Assembly: GCF_001481685.1 (NCBI RefSeq)
Contig: NZ_CP006867.1
Location: 1,080,001 to 1,112,000 of the forward strand
Direction: 5' to 3'
DNA: 32,000 nt
DNA from: Ignicoccus islandicus DSM 13165
Lineage (GTDB): Archaea; Thermoproteota; Thermoprotei_A; Sulfolobales; Ignicoccaceae
Part shown: one piece after another, positions 1-7,344 of the stretch
Numbering within the stretch: position 1 is the first letter of the stretch
Layout: each line of letters begins with the position of its first letter
Translations under genes and position numbers: made by a program
Notes under the pieces: model-generated
Seen by the model: the letters and a program-made list of their open reading frames with translations, nothing else
Told to the model about the DNA's origin: nothing
Database searches by the model: none

Positions 1-50
1 GATTGCTACAGGATTATTCGTCTTAACTGTCCCCGCGATCTGGTAGCTAG

Positions 51-554
51 GTGAAACTGAGATTGGCGAGAGACGCGAAGAAGGAAGCAATTGAATGGGG
101 TAAGGCAATAGTAGAGGCTGTAGTAATACTGACCGTTCTGAAGTTCTTATTTAACACAGAGATACCTATTGCAGCCGTCGCTTCCGGTTCCATGTTACCT
201 ACTTTAGAGAGAGGCGATCTGGTAATAGTAATAGGCTCGAAGCCTGAGAACATTAAGGTCGGAGACATTATAGTTTACCACTCTTGTCAAGGACCGTACA
301 TTATTCACAGAGTTATAAAGGTAGTAAAGGAAGGCAGTACTTACTACTTCGTTACGAAAGGAGATAACAATCCCGGAACTGACTGGTGGCTAGATCAGTT
401 CGTCGATTGCAAGAACGGGACGCCTCTCCCCGGGGTACCTCAAGGAAGGGTCGCTGGTAAGGTATTGGAGCTCTTCGGTCACCCAATAAAGATACCTTAC
501 TTGGGATACGTCGCTCTAATAGCGTTCCCGTTCCTCTGGTGGGTTCCTCGTTAA
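51..554 (+). CDS. Signal peptidase I, archaeal/eukaryal Sec11 (S26B) type
   Basis: 167-aa ORF with GTG start. N-terminal TM anchor (AIVEAVVILTVLKFLF), catalytic Ser box SGSMLPTLERGDLV, His box YIIHRV and conserved TKGDNN box. Confidence 0.85.
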   Translation: MKLRLARDAKKEAIEWGKAIVEAVVILTVLKFLFNTEIPIAAVASGSMLPTLERGDLVIVIGSKPENIKVGDIIVYHSCQGPYIIHRVIKVVKEGSTYYFVTKGDNNPGTDWWLDQFVDCKNGTPLPGVPQGRVAGKVLELFGHPIKIPYLGYVALIAFPFLWWVPR

Positions 555-684
555 CCTCATTCCATTTTCAGTTAGTTGCGTAACGGAATATAATTTAGGA
601 GTAAACTGAAACTAGTATACGTATAAAAATTTTTCCTTCTGAAGCCAAACTGAGTAAGACAGACCAGTCGAGAAGTTCCGATCT

Positions 685-712
685 CTAACCCCTATTAACT
701 AGTTAGCTAACC
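685..712. promoter_or_regulatory. Composite symmetric site: two overlapping 10-bp perfect palindromes flanked by CTAACC direct repeats
   Basis: Read directly: CTAACC (685-690), TAACTAGTTA (696-705), GTTAGCTAAC (702-711), CTAACC (707-712). Lies in the 241-nt intergenic region upstream of the V4R gene. Function unknown. Confidence 0.3.
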
Positions 713-724
713 AAAAGTGGTGGC

Positions 725-736
725 GGGGGGGGGGGG
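725..736. repeat. G12 homopolymer (C12 on the minus strand) within a G-rich 21-mer
   Basis: Counted directly: GGTGGTGGC then 12 consecutive G (725-736). Confirmed by the PPPPPP run in the spurious minus-strand ORF 703..885. Lies 60 nt upstream of the TTG start at 796. Confidence 0.95.
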
Positions 737-795
737 ACAAAATCGAAGCTTCCACTTAACATGGAAAATGACGTTATAGAAGAACGGGTGCAGCC

Positions 796-1302
796 TTGGT
801 GTTCTTTCGCCACGTACTTTCCCGAGGTCTCGAAGAAGAACTGGATAGGGCCGACGAAAGAATAGAAGAGTTCGTAGCCGTCCACCTACTTGACGAACTA
901 TCTAAATTAACGGACGAAGGCCCTTCCAAGTACATACTTTACAAGGTAATTAAAGACAATAGTAAGAAGCTTTTCCTTGAGAACGCTAAGGGCTATACCC
1001 TCGAGGAGACACTGAGCCAAATCTTCGGTAAGATAGGCAATACTAAGATAAGGAAAGAGGGTAATCAGATAGTAATAGAGATGGATAACTGTCCCTTAGC
1101 GAACCTACGTAATTTGAACCCTCAAAGGTGCATGGTACCAATAGCGATGTTAGCAGGATTAGTTGAGGCCGAAACGGGTAAGAAGGTAAAGGCTATCTCT
1201 CCCGCCGGCAAGTTCGGATTGGCTAGTGCAGAGGTAAACGTCGAAGTAACTAAGTGCGGTTCGCAGAACGGATCGTGCGAAATAAGGATCAGTGGAATAT
1301 AA
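796..1302 (+). CDS. V4R (4-vinyl-reductase-like) domain protein, putative small-molecule-binding regulator
   Basis: 168 aa. The only in-frame starts are TTG 796 and GTG 799. C-terminal V4R-like pattern: DNCPLA...RCMVPIAMLAGLVEAETGKKV...VEVTKCGSQNGSCEIRI (paired Cys motifs around a G-x3-G helix). Confidence 0.6.
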   Translation: MVFFRHVLSRGLEEELDRADERIEEFVAVHLLDELSKLTDEGPSKYILYKVIKDNSKKLFLENAKGYTLEETLSQIFGKIGNTKIRKEGNQIVIEMDNCPLANLRNLNPQRCMVPIAMLAGLVEAETGKKVKAISPAGKFGLASAEVNVEVTKCGSQNGSCEIRISGI

Positions 1303-1426
1303 ACAAATATATACTGATTTTTCGTTCTGCTATACGGTGAGTCCCTTGGAGGAGAGGCTTAAGGAGATAGAAGAATTCATCAATCCACTTAATATGAAGT
1401 TCCCTCACGAAAAGGTAATGGAACAC

Positions 1427-2389
1427 CTAACTCATCCAGACCTCTTTGAGCTCTGAACTTACGTCCCTCAGAGCCTCCCTATACCCCCTTGGTACGAAAC
1501 CTAACACGTCTTCTATTTTCGTAGTCTTTAAACACGCCTTATGTGGCCTCTTAGCCTTCTGATTAACCCTACACGAACACGTCGCTTCCAATAGGTCCTC
1601 GTCTAAACCTAGGACCCTCACTATTTCCATAGCGAACGAGTATCTGCTTGCGCACTCCCTTCCAACGGCGTGAAGTAGAATAGGTCCCTTAAGTTCCTCT
1701 ATAGCTAGAATAGAGGCGTGAGCCAAGTCCCTAGCCAGCGTTGGATTGTTCCACTGATCGACGAAGACGCCTATTCTCTTACCTTCCATTACGTTCCTTA
1801 TAACCCATCCCGGGAACTTACTTCTCTTGTCTGCGTCGTAAACTACAGCAGTTCTCAACACTATAGCTCCCTCCAAGAGGGCCCTTTGTTCGCCTACGAG
1901 CTTACTAACTGCGTATTGGGAGAGCGGTCTAGGAATTGAATCCTCTGAATAAGGCGGATTCTCTCCATCGAACACAAAGTCTGTACTTACAGTTAAGTAC
2001 TTCACGCCCCTCCTCGAACACTCCTTGGCCCAGAGACCCGGGGAAACGGCATTGGTTTTCCAACATTGTTCTTTTCCAACGTCTTCGCAATCATCGACTT
2101 TATTGAAAGCGTGCATATCTATTACGGCATCTGGCTTAACTTCGTCCAAGAGCTTCCTTATAGATTCGGGTTCGTCGACGTCCGTCCTTATCCAAACGGC
2201 TTTCGAAGAGGGAGGTGGAGGCGTGTTCCTATAGGTAGCGTATACCTCGTATCCCTTCCTCGAAGCCTCGCTTACTACTTTCGAGCCAGTTAAGCCGGCA
2301 CCCCCGAGAACGAGGATCCTCAACTCGCCTTCTCCGAACAAATCGTTGGACGCGCGGAAGGTAAAACTCAGTTGTTCTTCTTGAGCCAC
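1427..2389 (-). CDS. rmlD: dTDP-4-dehydrorhamnose reductase-like (RmlD family) NAD(P)-dependent sugar-nucleotide reductase
   Basis: 320 aa. Rossmann motif LVLGGAGLTGSKV, STDFVFDG box and catalytic YAVSK (YxxxK). The GTG start at 2389 overlaps the upstream gene by 22 nt. An in-frame TTG at 2323 just before LRILVLGG is an alternative start. Confidence 0.75.
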   Translation of the reverse strand: MAQEEQLSFTFRASNDLFGEGELRILVLGGAGLTGSKVVSEASRKGYEVYATYRNTPPPPSSKAVWIRTDVDEPESIRKLLDEVKPDAVIDMHAFNKVDDCEDVGKEQCWKTNAVSPGLWAKECSRRGVKYLTVSTDFVFDGENPPYSEDSIPRPLSQYAVSKLVGEQRALLEGAIVLRTAVVYDADKRSKFPGWVIRNVMEGKRIGVFVDQWNNPTLARDLAHASILAIEELKGPILLHAVGRECASRYSFAMEIVRVLGLDEDLLEATCSCRVNQKAKRPHKACLKTTKIEDVLGFVPRGYREALRDVSSELKEVWMS

Positions 2390-3027
2390 GATAAGTAGTA
2401 TTCGCCTTCGCCATTCCTCACTAATATGCCTTCTTCGACAAGCTTTTCCAAAGTTTTATGAATAGTTGCTTTAGATCTCTCTTTCTTAAGTACCTTGTGA
2501 ATGTCTGAGAACGTTGCTCCCCTACCTTCCTCATTAACCTTTTTAACTATTTCTATTATGCGAGCCCTTACGTCCTTCCTACCATAGAGCCCTAGTAAAT
2601 GCGAGCTTATCTCGTCTAGAGCGTAGACCTTACCGGAAGTGGGATCTCCCTCTATCTCCAAGTAGAGCTTAACGTTAGGGTGCACTTCCATTGGAAGCGA
2701 TAACAGAGCAGTGTATATGGCTAGGACGAGGGCCCTCATCCCGCCAGAGAGACAAGCAACGACCTCCTCAAACTCCCTTATCGAATCGTATACGGACGCT
2801 ATCGATGAAAGCAGATCGAAGGGATCCAGCTCCTTTACTTCGATATCTATATTGAAGCCTCTAAGTAGGTCCTTTAGGTTAGCCATTACTGTTTCGTTCC
2901 TCTTATCCTTGGTTATCGGAACGAGCAACACGGCCTTTTCCGGAACGGACTTCCTCCTGAAAGCTTCCAAGAGGCAATGAAGGAACGGTCTCTCGTCGAA
3001 GCCTACAGCTGCGACCATTCCTTTCAT
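2368..3027 (-). CDS. csa3: Csa3-family regulator: N-terminal CARF domain plus C-terminal winged helix-turn-helix
   Basis: 219 aa. Block-by-block resemblance to Sulfolobus Csa3: VGFDERPFLHCLL (Csa3 MGFNETFLLRLL), LLVP...R, CLSGGMRALVLAIY (Csa3 DLTMGMRMINTLIL), LYLEIEGD, then wHTH ATFSDIHKVLK...ATIHKTLEKLVEEGILV. GGTG SD-like element 6 nt upstream of ATG 3027. A TATTTAAC element (3045-3052, minus strand) could instead drive a near-leaderless mRNA from Met4 (3018). Confidence 0.8.
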   Translation of the reverse strand: MKGMVAAVGFDERPFLHCLLEAFRRKSVPEKAVLLVPITKDKRNETVMANLKDLLRGFNIDIEVKELDPFDLLSSIASVYDSIREFEEVVACLSGGMRALVLAIYTALLSLPMEVHPNVKLYLEIEGDPTSGKVYALDEISSHLLGLYGRKDVRARIIEIVKKVNEEGRGATFSDIHKVLKKERSKATIHKTLEKLVEEGILVRNGEGEYYLSWLKKNN

Positions 3028-3060
3028 GAACGCACCGGAAATCAGTTAAATACTGGGATA

Positions 3061-3837
3061 TTAATCTAATGTGCTCCTCTCGAACGTCCTTATAGCAACT
3101 ATTAACGAGATCGCCGAGAACGCGAGCAACGCTACGAAGTCTTCCAATAAACTAAATTGATACACGTTCGCAAGGGCTCCCCTCATTGCGTCCGTAGAGT
3201 ACGTTAGCGGATCTAAGTATGAAATTACCTTGAACCAATCTGGCACGTTCATCAATGGGAAGAATGCTCCGGAAGCGAATATCAAGGGCATCATCAGTAT
3301 GTTAACCAAACCTTGGAAAGCTTCCACGCTCTTGAACGCTTTTGAGGAAGCTATTGCTATACCTAAGGACGCGAAACCTATGGCCGTCAAGAAGGAAGCC
3401 AAGGCGACTACTGGCAGGCCTTGTAACTGAAGCTGAGGCGCGACCGCGAAGCCCAATAGGGCCAACACTATTCCTTGAATAAGAGCAACAACGGAATCGC
3501 CGAATATCCTTCCCGCAATGCTTTGCCAGCGAGGAGTAGGGGCCACCAAGACCTCTTTCAAGAAACCGAACTGCTTGTCCCATATAACGGCCATTCCGGA
3601 CATAAACGATGAAATGAAGATTGTCATGGAAATTACACCGGGGATCATAAACGATAGATAGTCGGTCCCTAAGATCATTTCTATCCCAGGGAAGTTTAAG
3701 GTAGACGCCCAACCTATGCCGTAAAACGCTATCCATATTATTGGCATAGCAACTGTCATTACGACGCGAACCTTGGCCCTGAGGAACCTCTTTAATTGCC
3801 TATAGAACATAGCGATGAACGCGTCCATCGCTACCAC
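3061..3837 (-). CDS. ABC-2 type transporter permease
   Basis: 258 aa with about six hydrophobic helices, typical ABC-2 exporter size and layout. Overlaps or abuts the ATPase gene. ATG at 3828, preceded by GGAGGTGG, is a likely true start instead of GTG 3837. Confidence 0.8.
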   Translation of the reverse strand: MVAMDAFIAMFYRQLKRFLRAKVRVVMTVAMPIIWIAFYGIGWASTLNFPGIEMILGTDYLSFMIPGVISMTIFISSFMSGMAVIWDKQFGFLKEVLVAPTPRWQSIAGRIFGDSVVALIQGIVLALLGFAVAPQLQLQGLPVVALASFLTAIGFASLGIAIASSKAFKSVEAFQGLVNILMMPLIFASGAFFPLMNVPDWFKVISYLDPLTYSTDAMRGALANVYQFSLLEDFVALLAFSAISLIVAIRTFERSTLD

Positions 3838-4778
3838 CTCCTAAACGGTAACACGGGAGCAGACCCTAGCTCGTCCCTCAGCTCCCTTCCGGTAAGGGCT
3901 AGGAAAACGTCGTCCAAAGTAGGTTTCTTGAGATTTACTTCCAATATTTTGTATGGTTTCATGAGTTCTATTAGTTCTGGCAAGATCTTCGCCGCATTGT
4001 CTGCTTTAACTATTGCTTGATTACCCTTAGTTTCACAGTCGAACCCTTCTGGACATTTGGGAGGAAGTTCCGTTTTAACGTAAATCACCTCCTTACCGAC
4101 CATTCTCTTAAGCTCATCGGGCGTTCCTTGCGCAATTATTCGACCGTGGTCGATGATAGCTATTCTATCGCATAGCTTGTCGGCTTCGTCCATATAGTGA
4201 GTGGTTAGGAAGATAGTTATTCCATATTCCTTATTAACCCTTTCAATGTACTCCCACACCTTTGCTCTAGATTGAGGATCTAAGCCTACAGTTGGTTCGT
4301 CCAAGAAGAGTACTTTGGGTTTATGCATCAAGGCTCTGGCAATTTCAAGCCTCCTCCTCATTCCCCCAGAAAAGAACATTACTATCCTATCCTTATGTTC
4401 GTAGAGGTCAAAGAACTTGAGGGACTCAATTATCCTTTCACGTAGTTCGCTCCCCTTGAGCCCGTAAAGCCTACCGTGTATATACAAGTTTTCATACGCG
4501 CTAAGGTAATTGTCTAAAGCGGGATCTTGAAACACCACCCCTATTAACTTCCTAACCTGCTTTGCCTCTTCCGGAAGTTTGTGACCTAGTATTTTGACTT
4601 CTCCTTCGTCGGGTTTGAGTAAAGTCGTTAAGATGTGTATAGTGGTACTCTTTCCAGCTCCGTTAGGACCTAGGAAGCCGAACTTCTCACCTTCTTTAAC
4701 ATAGAAAGTTATGCCTTTAAGGGCCTCTATGAAGCCGAATCGCTTCCTCAAGTCCTTAACTTCGATTGCGTAATTCAA
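3831..4778 (-). CDS. ABC transporter ATP-binding protein (ABC-2/DrrA-like exporter ATPase)
   Basis: 315 aa, TTG start. Walker A GPNGAGKST, Q-loop, signature FSGGMRRRLEIA, Walker B VLFLDEPT, H-loop TTHYMDEA, plus a roughly 90-aa C-terminal domain. Confidence 0.9.
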   Translation of the reverse strand: MNYAIEVKDLRKRFGFIEALKGITFYVKEGEKFGFLGPNGAGKSTTIHILTTLLKPDEGEVKILGHKLPEEAKQVRKLIGVVFQDPALDNYLSAYENLYIHGRLYGLKGSELRERIIESLKFFDLYEHKDRIVMFFSGGMRRRLEIARALMHKPKVLFLDEPTVGLDPQSRAKVWEYIERVNKEYGITIFLTTHYMDEADKLCDRIAIIDHGRIIAQGTPDELKRMVGKEVIYVKTELPPKCPEGFDCETKGNQAIVKADNAAKILPELIELMKPYKILEVNLKKPTLDDVFLALTGRELRDELGSAPVLPFRRW

Positions 4779-4850
4779 AACGATTTCCCATTCGGTTAGC
4801 GAAAAACACGGGTAAAAAGATCGTGCGTAAGTGAAAGCACATCAAAAAAG

Positions 4851-5726
4851 CTACTTCTCAAACCAAGCGTAAGGGAATAGAGCTACTCCTCTGCCTAGGT
4901 TCTTATCGTTTATTAGCGCAGCAACGTAGTCGCCGCTTCTCTCAATTAAGCAAGCGTTGTCTACATTAATTGAAAGGACCTCTGCGGTTCCCTTGAAGAG
5001 CCTTAGACCCACCTTTCCACCTCTAAACGCTATCAAGACCTTACTGTTGGTGCCGTTCGCTTCTATTAGTAACGCGTCAGCAGCCTTTCCGTATTCTGGG
5101 GTTAGCACTAGAGGTAGTTGGAGTAGCTTCTCTCCCGTTTCGACGTTGAAAAGCACTACGCTACCGTCCTTGAGTACCATCAAGGCTAGGTTATCGTAGC
5201 CCCTCGCCTTCACTACGTTACCATCGAAGACCTTGACTGCGTTCTCGTTAGTGTAAACGTAGAAGCCGCTGGGGCCGTAAACAGCGTCGTACTTGGAAGT
5301 GATTACTACTCCCGTTGCGTCCTTTACGGGCTTTAGTTCAGTGACCTCGACCATGGTATTATTTCCTTCATCCAGTACGTATACTCCTAGGGATAAGGTG
5401 TTGTTATACTCGCTTAGCAGTATTATAGCACCGTTATAACTTGCGCAAGCTTTGACCGCTCCCTTTAGGCTAAAGTTTAGGTCCTTCGTAACGCCTCTAT
5501 TATCTATCATCAAGAAGGAGGTATTAGGACCGTTAGCGTAAGCTATTACGGCTTCGCCTTCGTATGGGAAGGCGCATAGGGCAGCTCCAGGAAGAGGTAT
5601 CTGCGTGCTAACGCCTAGCTGGTTGTTTAACAAGAAGGCGATAGTTCCGTTTATCGCCAAGGTGTAGTTGTTCGCCATACCTAGTAGGAAGGCTACCATG
5701 CCTATCGGGAAGAAAGCTCCATACAT
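4851..5726 (-). CDS. Membrane-anchored or secreted beta-rich glycoprotein (possible beta-propeller), unknown function
   Basis: 291 aa. N-terminal hydrophobic anchor FFPIGMVAFLLGMA, beta-strand-type repeats and several N-x-S/T sequons (NYT, NGT, NTS, NFS, NNT, NGT). TATA-like TTTTAATATTT on the minus strand (about 5757-5767) lies about 35 nt upstream of the ATG. Confidence 0.5.
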   Translation of the reverse strand: MYGAFFPIGMVAFLLGMANNYTLAINGTIAFLLNNQLGVSTQIPLPGAALCAFPYEGEAVIAYANGPNTSFLMIDNRGVTKDLNFSLKGAVKACASYNGAIILLSEYNNTLSLGVYVLDEGNNTMVEVTELKPVKDATGVVITSKYDAVYGPSGFYVYTNENAVKVFDGNVVKARGYDNLALMVLKDGSVVLFNVETGEKLLQLPLVLTPEYGKAADALLIEANGTNSKVLIAFRGGKVGLRLFKGTAEVLSINVDNACLIERSGDYVAALINDKNLGRGVALFPYAWFEK

Positions 5727-5857
5727 CGTTCCTCACATGGATAAGGGTTGAGACGAAATATTAAAAGATGCCAGTTAATACGAAATCGACTATACAGATC
5801 GGCTCTTCCTCGGTTAATAAGGAGTCGCGTTTCCTAAACTCCGTAATGGGTTGAAGA

Positions 5858-6265
5858 TTGATAGTCGATTACGCGAGTCTCGCTTGTCTAGTGGGTAGCG
5901 CAATAGCAGCGACCACATCGATCGTGACGTTAGTTAAGGTCAATAAAGCCGTTAAGGGACTTAAGCAAATCTACAGGAAACTCGATGAGACGGAAGAGGC
6001 GATCGAGGAAGTGCGTTCAGTAGTTTCGCGCGATAGGCTGAGCAAGAAGAGCGCGTTAAGCTTGGTAGAGGCGGCTAGGTTGCTTGCGGAAGACGCGAGG
6101 AACCTCTACGAATGGAGCGGTGAGGAGAAGTTCTTGAACGTAGCTAGGAAGTGGGAGGCCTTCGCTGAATTAAATAGGAAAGCCATCGAAAAGATCCTCG
6201 GTTACGAACGAGACGAAATGCCTGCCTCCGTTACATATAATAATGAGGAAGCAATGGTAGCTTAG
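5858..6265 (+). CDS. Small single-pass membrane protein with helical (coiled-coil-like) cytoplasmic or extracellular tail, unknown function
   Basis: 135 aa, TTG start. N-terminal TM helix LACLVGSAIAATTSIVTLV followed by charged helical sequence. First gene of a co-directional string running 5858-11467. Confidence 0.45.
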   Translation: MIVDYASLACLVGSAIAATTSIVTLVKVNKAVKGLKQIYRKLDETEEAIEEVRSVVSRDRLSKKSALSLVEAARLLAEDARNLYEWSGEEKFLNVARKWEAFAELNRKAIEKILGYERDEMPASVTYNNEEAMVA

Positions 6266-6287
6266 TTCCCATTTTTATAGTTACTCC

Positions 6288-6310
6288 ATGCACTTGTATA
6301 CAAGGTGCAT
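6288..6310. promoter_or_regulatory. 23-nt near-perfect palindrome between a TATA-like box and the start codon of the 6319 gene
   Basis: ATGCAC-TTGTATACAA-G-GTGCAT read directly. The inner 10-mer is perfectly palindromic, the outer 6-mers are complementary, and there is one bulged G. TTTTTATA at 6272-6279 and ATG at 6319. Confidence 0.4.
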
Positions 6311-6318
6311 CCATTCTG

Positions 6319-7311
6319 ATGAAGAAGGCGACAATAATCTTCTCTATCTTCGTTATTCAAGCATTAGCAGTGAATTCAATGAATCCCGTTATTAGAGAGC
6401 TTTGGAGTCAAGACATTGGCTCTCAAGTGACGCAAATCAACATAGGCCAATATTACATCTTAGCCCTATCAGATTGCGCTTACGTCTTCAATTCGGTTCT
6501 AGGAACCACGGTCATGGAGGATTGCAATTACAATTCTACGGTTACGTATAACTACGGACGTTTCGCTTTAGTCGCTCCGGACGGGACCATTGAAGTGTAC
6601 GACGATTACTTATCTCTACTATATTCGTTCGTAATACCTCAGAACTTCACTTCATCAGTGCTGATACTACCAGACGATAAGATTTTAGCTTGCTATAGAG
6701 GTTGCGCGCTCTTTGACGCTTACGGTAACGTATTATGGGAAAACGATCAATTAGGGCTGGTTCTAAACAGACCGTCATTTAACGGAGAGCTCTTGTTCGT
6801 TCCAGTTAACGATAAGCAACTAGTTGAAGTCCTCACGCCAAGTGGTACCCTTTTGTACTCGATAAGCGTTCCAGAGGCGCCTTGGTCCATTGATGCTTGC
6901 GGAAGATTAATGGCAGTTAAGGGATCGAGTACTGTCTTCCTTTACAACGTTACCTCTAGTGGATACGAGCTCTGGTGGACCAATCCCTCACCAGGACCTT
7001 ACGGGGACGTTAAGTTCTCGAAAGATTGCAATTACTTGATAGCCGCGGGTTCTTACAAATTATTGATATATAACGTCAACGGCACTAAGGTCCTTGAAAT
7101 GGAGTTACCCTTCAGTATTTCGAGTATCGATTGGAGGGATGACTTGCTAGTTATCGGCGGGTTCGATGGCAGTATAAGGGCCTACAAATTAGACGTAGAG
7201 AGCTTGAGTTCAATGAGTTCCGCCGTAACTGCCGATACGAATCAAATACCTTCTTTAGGATTGGTATCCTTAGCTCTAATTAAGGCTTTAAGAAGGAAAA
7301 GTAAGGAATAA
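6319..7311 (+). CDS. Secreted beta-propeller-like protein with C-terminal membrane anchor (paralog of the N-terminal half of the 8738 gene)
   Basis: 330 aa. Signal peptide MKKATIIFSIFVIQALAVNS, repeated beta-blade-like segments, a Ser-rich linker, then IPSLGLVSLALIKAL + RRKSKE (TM helix plus basic tail). Five collinear blocks are shared with ORF 8738..10690. Confidence 0.6.
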   Translation: MKKATIIFSIFVIQALAVNSMNPVIRELWSQDIGSQVTQINIGQYYILALSDCAYVFNSVLGTTVMEDCNYNSTVTYNYGRFALVAPDGTIEVYDDYLSLLYSFVIPQNFTSSVLILPDDKILACYRGCALFDAYGNVLWENDQLGLVLNRPSFNGELLFVPVNDKQLVEVLTPSGTLLYSISVPEAPWSIDACGRLMAVKGSSTVFLYNVTSSGYELWWTNPSPGPYGDVKFSKDCNYLIAAGSYKLLIYNVNGTKVLEMELPFSISSIDWRDDLLVIGGFDGSIRAYKLDVESLSSMSSAVTADTNQIPSLGLVSLALIKALRRKSKE

Positions 7312-7344
7312 ATTGAACTCGTTGCCCCCTCTCTAGGATGGAAC

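Noticed and set aside
703-885. 60-aa minus-strand ORF ending in PPPPPP
   Set aside because: The poly-Pro simply reflects translation of the C12 tract. The ORF also overlaps the V4R gene start in antisense and has no supporting signals.
1337-1456. 39-codon GTG-initiated plus-strand ORF (VSPLEERLKEIEEFINPLNMKFPHEKVMEHLTHPDLFEL) in the gap after the V4R gene
   Set aside because: It is short, has no recognisable motif or clear SD or TATA, and its 3' end overlaps the RmlD-like gene by 30 nt in antisense. It cannot be supported without conservation or expression data.
3302-3736. 144-aa minus-strand ORF in another frame of the permease gene
   Set aside because: It has Arg/Gly-rich composition, whereas the overlapping frame gives a coherent polytopic ABC-2 permease.
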